Below are positions 28,198 to 37,684 of a stretch of 64,000 bases of DNA, one piece after another (within the stretch, counting starts at the first letter, position 1; every line of letters starts with the position of its first letter). Below the pieces are notes generated by a model, which was not told the origin of the DNA, ran no database searches, and saw nothing but the letters and a program-made list of their open reading frames with translations. The position numbers and the translations under genes are program-made. Source of the stretch: Bacteroidota bacterium (GTDB taxonomy: Bacteria > Bacteroidota > Bacteroidia > Bacteroidales > UBA7960); contig REDJ01000102.1 in assembly GCA_007693555.1 (NCBI GenBank), positions 23,893 to 87,892 on the forward strand, in the 5' to 3' direction.

Positions 28198-29982
28198 TCA
28201 AATAACAGAGTCAAGCTCCTCATATCGCTTCTTGATCAATTCCTCATCGGGATCATGCACCACAAAAATCATCATGATTGCGCCAATGAAAAGTGAGACT
28301 CCTCCGAAAACCAACCCAAAAATAGGCTGGCCTTTGGCCACAATACTGATAAATGAGCCCAGCACACTGGCGGCCACAATCTGGGGCATAACAATAAAGA
28401 TATTAAACAGCCCCATGTATGTCCCCATTTTGTGAGAAGGGAGTGACCCCGTTAAAATTGCATAGGGCATAGCAAGAATACTTGCCCATGCAATTCCCAC
28501 TCCTATCATAGAAGCTGCAATCCATAGGGGATGGGGCACAATAAGTATTGAAAGATATCCTAAAGACCCCATTGTAAGAGCCATTGCATGTGTGTATCTG
28601 CGGTTGGTCCAGCGTGCAAGATAAGGGATCAGAAATGCAAACAATGCAGCAATACCATTGTAAATGGCAAAGGTAAACCCAACCCAGTTTGCACCGCGAT
28701 TGTATTCTTCTTCTATACTCAGTAACTCCCCTTGTATACTTGAAGGGACCATCAACTCATCTCTGAACCTCTGGAAAAACCTGACTACACGCATTGAAAT
28801 AACAATTTCTGACTTGCCTTCCTGAATCTGCTCAACATAAAAATCCAAATCATTCCGGATAGCTTGTGCCCGTTCTATTAATTCCTCATTATCAGTCAAA
28901 CCTACCTGGTCTGTTGCCTGAATAAGGGTCATTACATCATCATTGGAAAGCTTCATATCATAGTGGTGGCTGGTGATGCCTGGAGTGGCAAAAGTCCAGA
29001 GTGTAAATAAGCCAACCCACGAGAAAAACTGAACCACAGCAAGCTGGCCCATGGTTTTAGGCATTCGGTAAAGGTCATTGAGAACTACTACAAACCCGTT
29101 ATCTGTTTTATTGTTTTTTATTAAACGACCGGCAATAAACTGAATGATGCCGAAAAGCATAAACCCAATGCCTAAAATATACAGGTCTGCCCGAATAAAA
29201 TCATACCGTTGCACCAGAAATGTAATAACAGCCCCCAGTATTATCCAGTAAAATGAAGGATTGCTGAATTTGTGATAAGGTAGTATCTCACTTGATTTAT
29301 GGTCTTCCTTAACCCTTTCAGCACCTTTTTCCAGTTCTTCAAATTCTTTTAACTGCTCAGGTGTATATTCCCTGGTGCGTGTTACTGTCACGAGTATTGC
29401 CCCAAGTAATACTGCTCCTCCGATAAGGAAGGAAATTGTAACTGATGGGGGCACCTTGCCATCGGGAGAAATATTTGCAACACTGAGAACATTGGTAAGG
29501 AACCATGGCAATATGGAGGCTATGATTGAGCCTGTTCCGATAAAGAAGCTCTGCATAGCAAATCCCCTGTTTCGCTGTTCGGGAGGCAACATATCACCCA
29601 CAAAAGCCCTGAAAGGCTCCATACACATATCAATACTTGCACCTAAAATCCAGAAAATACCTACTGCAATCCAAAGCAAAGGAGCATTTGGTAAAAGCAC
29701 AAGAGCTACTGAGGCACCAATTGCACCAAAAAGAAAATATGGCCTCCTTCGCCCAAGCCGTGTCCATGTATTATCACTCATATAACCCACAATGGGTTGC
29801 ACTATCAGACCAGTTACCGGAGCTGCAATCCACAGGATAGGGATGGCTTCAACCTGTGCTCCAAGAGTTTCAAAAATTCGGCTGACATTGGCATTTTGAA
29901 GGGCAAATCCAAATTGAATTCCAAGGAAACCAAAACTCATGTTCCAGATTTGCCAAAACGATAATCGGGGTCTGGTTTTCAT
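28198..29982 (-). CDS. MFS sugar transporter (SLC45/GPH-like, probable maltose/maltodextrin importer) with extra inserted segments
   Basis: 'FWQIWNMSFGFLGIQFGFALQNANVSRIF' and 'GYMSDNTWTRLGRRRPYF'. There are 12 or more TM helices. It is the first gene of the operon with malQ. Confidence 0.8.
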   Translation of the reverse strand: MKTRPRLSFWQIWNMSFGFLGIQFGFALQNANVSRIFETLGAQVEAIPILWIAAPVTGLIVQPIVGYMSDNTWTRLGRRRPYFLFGAIGASVALVLLPNAPLLWIAVGIFWILGASIDMCMEPFRAFVGDMLPPEQRNRGFAMQSFFIGTGSIIASILPWFLTNVLSVANISPDGKVPPSVTISFLIGGAVLLGAILVTVTRTREYTPEQLKEFEELEKGAERVKEDHKSSEILPYHKFSNPSFYWIILGAVITFLVQRYDFIRADLYILGIGFMLFGIIQFIAGRLIKNNKTDNGFVVVLNDLYRMPKTMGQLAVVQFFSWVGLFTLWTFATPGITSHHYDMKLSNDDVMTLIQATDQVGLTDNEELIERAQAIRNDLDFYVEQIQEGKSEIVISMRVVRFFQRFRDELMVPSSIQGELLSIEEEYNRGANWVGFTFAIYNGIAALFAFLIPYLARWTNRRYTHAMALTMGSLGYLSILIVPHPLWIAASMIGVGIAWASILAMPYAILTGSLPSHKMGTYMGLFNIFIVMPQIVAASVLGSFISIVAKGQPIFGLVFGGVSLFIGAIMMIFVVHDPDEELIKKRYEELDSVI

Positions 29983-30499
29983 TCTTCTAAAATAAAATTA
30001 TTAATCCTTTAATTCCAGTTATCCGGTAGTTTTAAACAAAGCATTCTGAATATAAATGAATCAGAAAAGTATTTACCTTAAAAGTCTTTGCGGGGAAATA
30101 TTCAGTTACCGGACCATTTGTCTGACTGTATGCTTTATTCCCCGGTTTTATCAAGCGCGCAAAATAATAAAAAAAGCCTGAAGCATTGCAAAACTAATAA
30201 GGAAAAAACTTCAGGACTATCTCAACCAAATGTTCTTTTTATCAGGGAAGAACATTTGATTTTAAAGAGCCTCAAAATTAATGGTTTTTTTCAGCGATGG
30301 GAAAAATATGCGAATACTTTTATGTTTTTTTTCACTGTTACCCGGTTGAAGTAGAAATTTAGGATTGATGTTCTTCGCTTCACTCTATTAAGCCCGGCAT
30401 CTCATAATTTTCAACAGATACTACACGTTTTTTGCTATCGGACAGAGAAAATGCAATGGGTCGAAAAGAAAAAGACAGAAAAAATCCAATAACCAGTTC

Positions 30500-31975
30500 C
30501 TAAATGGGAGCTATCAGATGCAGGTAAACTCCCATATCGCCATGGCGGGTAACAGAAAATTCTGTTCTGAAAACTTTATCATAATAGGTAACCAGATCAA
30601 GCCCGATACCGCTTCCGCTAAGAAAAGAATTTGAATAAGGGTTACCTTGAAAGAAATAGGTATCGCGCACATATCCTATATCCGTAAAAAAATTGATATA
30701 GAGCGCATAATGAATCAGAGAGAATTTTTCGTTGTTAATAAATCCTATTCGGGTAACTGTATTGGGAATCAGTTCATATTTGAAGTTTGATTTCAATACT
30801 GCAAAGTGTTGTCCGTCAATAACAAAGTTTTCGTATCCTCTGACAATATCTCCCTTAAATCCCAGTCCACGCTGCATATAATAGGGTTGAAAATCGCCAA
30901 ATGATACTTTGGCATTGATACCTGTTGCAAAAAACCACCTCGGATGAAGTTGCCAAAATCTCCGGATAGAGGTTTCGGCTATCGTCATATCCATTTCTTC
31001 ATTGTCAAGCAAACCCAATCCATTGCGCTGAATACGAATATCAAAATAATGCCCCCTGAGAGGATAAGCCCTAATATCACGATAATCATTCTTAAACTCA
31101 TATCCAATTGAGAAAAAAGGTGCATGAGTTTTTGACCCAGGAGAAAACTGGGGGTTAAGAACGAGTAATGAGTCGGCAAATCTGTAACTGTTATATCCCA
31201 GCATTAAATTGTGTGTGCGATGAATCCCATCACGATACAATAATCGGGTATTTACATAAAAATGTCTTAAAGCATTGATCCCGTCTTCCGAATAAAACAA
31301 CTGAACATTTCCCAGGGTCATATATTCTATTTCATTGCGAATATTCATACCCACATTGAAGCCCAACCCCAGTTTTTGTGCCTGATTAATATAGGGTATG
31401 GTATAATTGATGCTGTAATTTTGGCGGTAGCCGGCCCTGGCAAGTATGCTGATTCTCTCCATGCGGCCGCGGAAATTTTCTTTTACAATATATGCCCCGT
31501 AATTGGTGCGATGGAAACTGGGGCTTCTCAACCAATCATTCAGATTCCTCTCGGCTACTTCAAAAATGGGAAAAGGCCAAACATACCAGCGTTCAACAAA
31601 AGTAAACCTTACATTTGCTGCAGGTAAAAAATCATGCACAAAAAGCGAAACATTGACGAAATTGAATAATGAGGTATTCAAAAGGTTTTCACGGCTTTGC
31701 TCAAGAATACGCGATAAATCTTCTGCGTAAATTGTATCTCCGTGAGAAAAAACCAATTCTCTTTGAATGATATGTTGACGGGTTGATTCGTTTCCCTCAA
31801 ACTCTATATCCTGAATGACAATATAATCTGAAGAAATAATACCTTCCGGAATGGTTTCTTTAAAATCGTGACGGCTCATAAAAGTGCCTGACTCAAGTGA
31901 TGCCAGTTGCACTTGTGCTGCGAGAAGAGTGGGAGTAAAAAATACTGATATGAAAAGTATAATCCGGTAAAGCAT
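30500..31975 (-). CDS. Omp85/BamA-family outer membrane protein (single POTRA plus surface-antigen barrel)
   Basis: Signal peptide. POTRA-like 'IVIQDIEFEGNESTRQHIIQRELVFSHGDTI'. The rest shows a beta-barrel alternation pattern. Confidence 0.75.
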   Translation of the reverse strand: MLYRIILFISVFFTPTLLAAQVQLASLESGTFMSRHDFKETIPEGIISSDYIVIQDIEFEGNESTRQHIIQRELVFSHGDTIYAEDLSRILEQSRENLLNTSLFNFVNVSLFVHDFLPAANVRFTFVERWYVWPFPIFEVAERNLNDWLRSPSFHRTNYGAYIVKENFRGRMERISILARAGYRQNYSINYTIPYINQAQKLGLGFNVGMNIRNEIEYMTLGNVQLFYSEDGINALRHFYVNTRLLYRDGIHRTHNLMLGYNSYRFADSLLVLNPQFSPGSKTHAPFFSIGYEFKNDYRDIRAYPLRGHYFDIRIQRNGLGLLDNEEMDMTIAETSIRRFWQLHPRWFFATGINAKVSFGDFQPYYMQRGLGFKGDIVRGYENFVIDGQHFAVLKSNFKYELIPNTVTRIGFINNEKFSLIHYALYINFFTDIGYVRDTYFFQGNPYSNSFLSGSGIGLDLVTYYDKVFRTEFSVTRHGDMGVYLHLIAPI

Positions 31976-31990
31976 AAATCCGGCAAAAAA

Positions 31991-32656
31991 CTAAATGTTT
32001 AAATAATTCATTAGTGAACCAAAACGTTCCTTCAGCAAATCTTCGTAATTGTTTTCCTCTGAGAATGATGCCGAAACCTGATAGTTAAACCTGTAAAAAG
32101 TTTGAATAACATTGGAAACATCAATTTTATCCAGTTTTAGAGTTACTTCTATCATATTGGTGTCTTCGAAAGTGCGCATGCAACTGCTCAGAATCCTGGC
32201 ATCATTAGATTCAACCAATCGCGAAATTTCATGCAACGAATAATCAGAAATATTCATCCGCAATACAATGATTCCGCCCGGTTGACCAATAGAGCCTGTT
32301 TCCGCAAATTCCTTGACAATACGTGACAGGGTAATGCAACCCATGTAGTTTTCGTTTTCATCAAGTACAGGGATCAGTGTCAAATCCATGGAAGCCAAAA
32401 TACGTATCACTTCAAATAAGTGCTGATCATCAAATACATAAGGCCTGGCCAGTGAAAGCTGATAACTTCCCAAAGGCTCATCAGGGTCGTTTAGATTGTA
32501 AATGTCCTTCTCAGAAACCAACCCGAGAAATGACTCATTATTAACAATTGGCAAATGAGCTACGCGCAATTCATCCATCCAGCTTAAGGCAGTATTACCT
32601 GTATCTGAAGTACGAAGAGGAAGTATCACATCACTTATGAGTTCATTGGCCAACAT
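31991..32656 (-). CDS. CBS domain pair protein with a C-terminal ACT-like domain
   Basis: Two CBS repeats ('…HLPIVNNESFLGLVSEKDI…', '…LIPVLDENENYMGCITLSRIV…'). It lies 15 nt upstream of the Omp85 gene. Confidence 0.75.
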   Translation of the reverse strand: MLANELISDVILPLRTSDTGNTALSWMDELRVAHLPIVNNESFLGLVSEKDIYNLNDPDEPLGSYQLSLARPYVFDDQHLFEVIRILASMDLTLIPVLDENENYMGCITLSRIVKEFAETGSIGQPGGIIVLRMNISDYSLHEISRLVESNDARILSSCMRTFEDTNMIEVTLKLDKIDVSNVIQTFYRFNYQVSASFSEENNYEDLLKERFGSLMNYLNI

Positions 32657-32880
32657 AAAAAAGATTTTGGTCTATAAATTTAATCAATTTGTTTGAAATA
32701 AGTCAATTTTATAACGTCTGATTTCATTTTGTTAAAAAAAATGACTTTTATAATCTCTTTGCAAAGCTACTCGTTTTTTCATCATCAATATCTTAAAAAC
32801 TTGTTGTCAAATAGTTAAAACGCCATAATATCCAAAATTGTTGGTAAAACAAATTTATCCACAATTTCATGAATGTTTAA

Positions 32881-32888
32881 TAGCTTTG
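32881..32888 (+). promoter_or_regulatory. TAnnTTTG -7-like motif (TAGCTTTG) upstream of pdxJ
   Basis: Exact consensus match 16 nt upstream of the ATG at 32904, which implies a very short leader. Confidence 0.3.
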
Positions 32889-32903
32889 TAAAAAAACGTA
32901 ACT

Positions 32904-33623
32904 ATGACCCGTTTAAGTGTAAATATAAATAAAATAGCTACAATTCGCAATGCACGGGGAGGCAACTTACCTGATGTTGTCAAAGCAGCCCTTGATTGCG
33001 AAAGATTTGGCGCACAAGGCATTACGGTTCACCCCAGGCCTGATGAGCGACACATACGGCGCAAAGATGTATATGATCTCAAACCCCTGTTAACAACAGA
33101 ATTTAACATTGAGGGATATCCTACCCGAAAGTTTATGGACATGGTTATTGAAGTACAACCTGCCCAGGTTACCCTCGTTCCTGACCCGCCAAATGCACTT
33201 ACTTCCAGTGCGGGATGGGATACCATAAAGCATTTTGATTTTTTAAAAAAGGTAATTGCTGAATTCCGGTCAAATAATATCAGAACTTCTGTTTTCATAG
33301 AAACGGACCCTGAAAGGATTTTCAAAGCTGCAGAAACCGGTACAGACCGGGTGGAATTATATACTGAACCTTATGCAAGTCAGTTTATTAAAAATAAGGA
33401 ACAGGCAATTGAACCCTTTATCAGGGCTGCAGAAGCTGCCCATAAGGCCGGACTTGGAATTAACGCAGGTCATGATCTGAATCTGGACAATTTAAAATAT
33501 TTTGCTCAAAATATTCCCCATCTGCTGGAAGTTTCAATTGGGCATGCACTCATTTCAGATGCACTGTATTTTGGTTTGGAAAATACCATTCAGATGTACC
33601 TCAGGGAATTGAAAGTAAATTAA
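32904..33623 (+). CDS. pdxJ: Pyridoxine 5'-phosphate synthase
   Basis: '[17 protein letters not shown]', '[12 protein letters not shown]', 'VTLVPD', '[10 protein letters not shown]' and 'NAGHDLN'. Confidence 0.93.
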   Translation: MTRLSVNINKIATIRNARGGNLPDVVKAALDCERFGAQGITVHPRPDERHIRRKDVYDLKPLLTTEFNIEGYPTRKFMDMVIEVQPAQVTLVPDPPNALTSSAGWDTIKHFDFLKKVIAEFRSNNIRTSVFIETDPERIFKAAETGTDRVELYTEPYASQFIKNKEQAIEPFIRAAEAAHKAGLGINAGHDLNLDNLKYFAQNIPHLLEVSIGHALISDALYFGLENTIQMYLRELKVN

Positions 33624-33628
33624 GGGAA

Positions 33629-33756
33629 GATTGAGAGGCTGAGCGAGAGAAAGGTTGAACGAAGTGAAATCCCTAGACCAAAGGAATTCGGGATTGAAAG
33701 GCTGAGCGAGAGCGAAGTCCCGAGAGCTAAAGCGATTCGGGATTGAGAGGTTTAGG
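33629..33756. repeat. Three degenerate direct repeats (GATTGARAGGCTGAGCGAGAG-like) in a GC-richer patch just after pdxJ
   Basis: Copies are gattgagaggctgagcgagag (33629), (aattcggg)attgaaaggctgagcgagag (33685-33712) and (gattcggg)attgagaggtttagg (33734-33756). Confidence 0.6.
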
Positions 33757-33855
33757 TATCAATCTATTGAGAGAGAGAACTTATCCAAATTACCGGAATT
33801 AAACAACATTCTTTTTAGCTTGTTATTTTAACCGATTCAAATCATTTTTTTCATT

Positions 33856-34617
33856 ATGGAATTAAATTATCAGCAGGAAGGCTCTGGCCATCCGTTAATC
33901 ATACTTCATGGCCTTTTTGGCATGCTCGATAACTGGGTCAGTATTTCCCGAAAACTGGCAGAAAAATATTCCGTTTATATAATTGATCAGCGCAATCATG
34001 GACGCTCTCCAAGGCACAATGTTTTTAATTACCCTGCTATGGTTGATGATTTACTGGAGTTTATGGAAGGGTATGATATCAAAAGTGCATACCTGCTCGG
34101 GCATAGCATGGGAGGGAAAACGGCTATGCAATTCAGCTTTGATTACCCCGAAAAAGTAGATAAGCTTATTGTTGCTGATATAAGCCCCGAGGAATACGAC
34201 CATAGGCATGACACCTTAATTGAAGCAATGATGTCAGTTGATTTGTCAAAATATGAATCACGTGCTGAGGTTGATGCTGATTTAAAAGAGAAGATAAAAA
34301 GCTCACGCATTCGTCAGTTTTTATTGAAAAACCTTTACTGGAAAGACCGTTCATCTCTCGGCTGGAAAACCAACCTGGAGGTAATTCTTGATAATCTTCA
34401 GGAAATCTTTAAAGAACTAAAACCTGACGACTCTTTTAAAAAACCTGTTCTTTTTATCAGGGGCTCAGAAAGCCCTTATATTACCGATTTGCATATACCC
34501 AGAATAAAAGAACTTTTTCCAAATTCTGAAATTGAAACCATTGATGATGCATCACATTGGTTACATGCTGAAAAACCCCGGGAATTCATAAAGATTACCG
34601 AAAACTTCCTTCAATAA
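33856..34617 (+). CDS. Alpha/beta-fold hydrolase (YbfF-like esterase)
   Basis: 'PLIILHGLFG', the nucleophile elbow 'GHSMGGK' and a C-terminal 'ASHWLHAEKP' histidine. Confidence 0.8.
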   Translation: MELNYQQEGSGHPLIILHGLFGMLDNWVSISRKLAEKYSVYIIDQRNHGRSPRHNVFNYPAMVDDLLEFMEGYDIKSAYLLGHSMGGKTAMQFSFDYPEKVDKLIVADISPEEYDHRHDTLIEAMMSVDLSKYESRAEVDADLKEKIKSSRIRQFLLKNLYWKDRSSLGWKTNLEVILDNLQEIFKELKPDDSFKKPVLFIRGSESPYITDLHIPRIKELFPNSEIETIDDASHWLHAEKPREFIKITENFLQ

Positions 34618-34886
34618 GATCAATTTAATTGGGAAATGCTTTTATGTGAAATATGTCTGATAACATGACAAGCAAATGATATTCAGGGCAAACATTTGAG
34701 GAACAGAACATTTCTTAAAAAAACCAAAATCATTTCTTTTGCTTGCAAATCAATCGATATTGACTTTTCTTTGCCACTTTGATTTCTCAGATATGCATAT
34801 GTTTTTAAATTACTGAGATGTTCAAATTACCAGAAATTCTCACTATTATTTACTTATAAATAGTTTTTTACCAAAAACTCATAAAC

Positions 34887-36917
34887 ATGAACAAGCTAAA
34901 AACTTTATTGACTCTGATTTCTGCTTGTGCAATAATTTTCTCTTATGCACAAACAGAGATTTTTACCGCAGAAAAAATGTGGCAGATGGAGCGTATAGGT
35001 GCCTTTGATGTATCACCCGACGGCAAATGGGCCGTTTTCCCGGTAACGGAATATGATATTGAAAAAAACACCTCATCCTCTGATCTTTATCTTCTGAATT
35101 TGGAAGACGGAACCACTCGTCAGCTTACTTTTTCAGGCAGGGAAGGCTCACCGGTTTGGAGCCCGGATGGGGAAAGAATTGCATTTGTATCGCGCCGACA
35201 TGATGGCCCGGGACAAATTTATATTTTAAGCATGAAAGGTGGTGAAGCCAGGAAAATTACCGACCTTCCGGTAGGTGTGTTTTCCATCAAATGGTTTCCT
35301 ACAGGAGACCGTATTGCCTTTGGAGCCAATATTCTACCTGAATATGACGGAGATTTTGACAAGCTGAAAAAGCTGATGGATGAGAAGAGAGAAAGTAAAG
35401 TAACAGCCAAAGTAACTGAAAACACCATGTATCGCTTTTGGGACCGTTGGCTTACCGATGGTTACTACCCCAGGCTTTTCAGTGTGGATGTAAACAGCAA
35501 AGATGTTACCGACCTCATGCCCAATACAGTTAATTATTTCAATATGATGGGCGGAGTTTCCTATGATATATCACCTGATGGAAATGAAATTGCTGTGAGT
35601 ATGAATTCAACCGAGCCTCCTTATGACAGGTTAAACCATGCAATATTTCTGCTGGCCACCGACGGCAGTGGCACAATGAGAAATATTACAGCCTATAACG
35701 AGGCAGGTGACCACAACCCGGTATACAGCCCCGATGGTAATTACATTCTTTACGGGAAACAAAATATCTATCATTTTTACGCTGATAAGGTGGAGATGGT
35801 GAAATACAACCGCAATAACGAATCATTTACCAATCTGACTTCTGATATCGACCTATCCTGCGCAAACTGGATATGGTCGCAGGATGGACGTACCATATAT
35901 TTTCATGCTGAGCATAATGCACGTAATGCTATCTTCAGCATTCCGGCCAATGGTGGAGAGCCAACCAAAATTTTTGGTGAAGGTACAAATGGCAATGTGA
36001 GTATTGCCGGGCGTCGTGGCCGTGACCTGGTTTTCACCCATCAGAATTTAAACCAGCCGACCGAGGTTTACAGGATAGATAACCGTGGCCGCAACTTAAC
36101 ACAGCTTACAGGATTTAACCAGGAGCGCCTGGCCAATCTAAATTTCGGAAGAGTTGAGGATGTAACTTATAAAGGTGCCGATGGGGCAGACGTTCAAATG
36201 TTTATTGTTTATCCTCCCGATTTTGATTCCAATAAAAAATACCCACTTGTGCATATGATACATGGGGGGCCTCATGGTACATTTGGCGATTTCTGGCATT
36301 ATCGCTGGAATGCCCATTTGTTTGCTGCACCCGGCTACGTAGTAGCCATGTCAAACTTCCATGGCTCAACAAGCTTTGGGCAGGATTTTGCCATCTCCAT
36401 ACATGGAGAGCATGCCAACAAACCTTTCCGCGATATAATGAAAGCAACCGATTTTATGATAGAACGGGGCTATATTGACAAAAACCGTATGGCCGCTACC
36501 GGTGGAAGCTATGGTGGCTATATGGTAAGCTGGATCGCAGGACATACCGACAGGTTTGCTGCTCTTGTAAACCATGCCGGTGTATATGATCTGCATCTTC
36601 AGTTTGCTTCCGATTATGCCGGCAACAGGGCCTATCAATACGGAGGTACTCCCTGGGAAAACTTTGATATACTTAATTCGCAGAACCCATCACAATTTGC
36701 ACATAATTTCAAAACTCCCATGCTTATCATCCACGGGCAACTTGATTACAGGGTACCTGTAGCACATGCATTCCTGGTTTATGGCATTTATAAAGGAATG
36801 GGGCTGGATGCCCGCCTGGTTTACTTCCCCGATGAAAACCACTGGATTCTAACCCCCCAGAACTCCATATACTGGTATGAAGAACTGCATAACTGGCTGG
36901 AGAGGTATTTGAAGTAA
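34887..36917 (+). CDS. S9-family serine peptidase (beta-propeller plus prolyl oligopeptidase catalytic domain), exported
   Basis: Signal peptide. TolB-like 'SPDG' propeller repeats. Catalytic residues in 'GGSYGGYM', 'HGQLDYRVP' and 'DENHWI'. Confidence 0.88.
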   Translation: MNKLKTLLTLISACAIIFSYAQTEIFTAEKMWQMERIGAFDVSPDGKWAVFPVTEYDIEKNTSSSDLYLLNLEDGTTRQLTFSGREGSPVWSPDGERIAFVSRRHDGPGQIYILSMKGGEARKITDLPVGVFSIKWFPTGDRIAFGANILPEYDGDFDKLKKLMDEKRESKVTAKVTENTMYRFWDRWLTDGYYPRLFSVDVNSKDVTDLMPNTVNYFNMMGGVSYDISPDGNEIAVSMNSTEPPYDRLNHAIFLLATDGSGTMRNITAYNEAGDHNPVYSPDGNYILYGKQNIYHFYADKVEMVKYNRNNESFTNLTSDIDLSCANWIWSQDGRTIYFHAEHNARNAIFSIPANGGEPTKIFGEGTNGNVSIAGRRGRDLVFTHQNLNQPTEVYRIDNRGRNLTQLTGFNQERLANLNFGRVEDVTYKGADGADVQMFIVYPPDFDSNKKYPLVHMIHGGPHGTFGDFWHYRWNAHLFAAPGYVVAMSNFHGSTSFGQDFAISIHGEHANKPFRDIMKATDFMIERGYIDKNRMAATGGSYGGYMVSWIAGHTDRFAALVNHAGVYDLHLQFASDYAGNRAYQYGGTPWENFDILNSQNPSQFAHNFKTPMLIIHGQLDYRVPVAHAFLVYGIYKGMGLDARLVYFPDENHWILTPQNSIYWYEELHNWLERYLK

Positions 36918-36946
36918 AGGCAACATCTTTATCTTTACAAACAGAG

Positions 36947-36988
36947 AAAGGCTGCATTCAACCCGAAATGCAGCCTTTTCTTTTTCTT
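36947..36988. terminator. Bidirectional terminator between the S9 peptidase and tonB
   Basis: The 12-bp stem aaaggctgcatt / aatgcagccttt is followed by tcTTTTTCTT. Confidence 0.7.
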
Positions 36989-37006
36989 AATTTTAAAAAG
37001 TGAAAA

Positions 37007-37684
37007 TCACCTGTTCAGTCTGAAACTCACCGGTACAGTGTATCTTACCCTTACAGTTTGTGTTCCCTGACGGCCTGGTATCCAGTTTGGCATGTTTTTC
37101 ACTGCCCTGAGAGCTTCTTCGTCACAGCCCCCGCCAATTCCTCTCATTACATGAACATTGCTTACGCTACCGTCTCTTTCCACAATAAAACTTATAATAA
37201 CTACCCCTTCGAGCCCAACCTCCTGGGCCATTCTTGGATAATGAATAGTGCGACTAAAGTATCTGAAGAGTTCTGTCTGTCCGCCCGGAAATTCGGGCAT
37301 TTGCTCTACAATGACATGAATATCGTCCGTAGGATCAGGCTTCTCATCAATTATCTCAACAGGAAAATAATGCGGAACTTTCAAATCGGCATGCGCATCG
37401 ACATCCACTTCCGGAAAATAATCTTCCTCGATGAGTTCATCAGGTGCCGGGATTATTTCATGTGACTCAGGCGGAGGTGGCGGAGGTGGCTTGGGAATAT
37501 TGGGCGGTATATAATCATGATCCACAAAATCCCGAGCATCTTGTGGAATAATAGTATTGTTTCTTTCTGTTATGCGATACTGAAAGGCAAGCAATATCAT
37601 AGCCAGCACCAGTACAAATCCGATTTCCAGAAACAAGCTTCTCTTGTTTTCCAGGTTTTTGCCTGGAGATTTTTTTGTGTTCAT
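37007..37684 (-). CDS. tonB: Energy transducer TonB
   Basis: N-terminal TM anchor, a proline-rich spacer 'PPNIPKPPPPPPPES', and a C-terminal TonB domain 'MPEFPGG…G…V…F.V..DG.V…V'. Confidence 0.85.
   Translation of the reverse strand: MNTKKSPGKNLENKRSLFLEIGFVLVLAMILLAFQYRITERNNTIIPQDARDFVDHDYIPPNIPKPPPPPPPESHEIIPAPDELIEEDYFPEVDVDAHADLKVPHYFPVEIIDEKPDPTDDIHVIVEQMPEFPGGQTELFRYFSRTIHYPRMAQEVGLEGVVIISFIVERDGSVSNVHVMRGIGGGCDEEALRAVKNMPNWIPGRQGTQTVRVRYTVPVSFRLNR

Noticed and set aside
27941-28435. 164-aa plus-strand ORF spanning the malQ start and the MFS 3' end
   Set aside because: It overlaps two confidently called minus-strand genes and the gap between them, and it has no motifs.
30088-30354. 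88-aa ORF in the long intergenic region
   Set aside because: Its composition is Lys/Ser/Leu-rich and low in complexity. It starts at a non-ATG codon, spans the two hairpins and runs opposite to both neighbouring operons. I treat the region as non-coding or regulatory instead.
33629-33756. Possible CRISPR array
   Set aside because: There are only three degenerate repeat copies of about 16-21 bp with irregular spacing of 63 and 49 bp, and no cas genes occur in the window. It is reported as a simple repeat instead.
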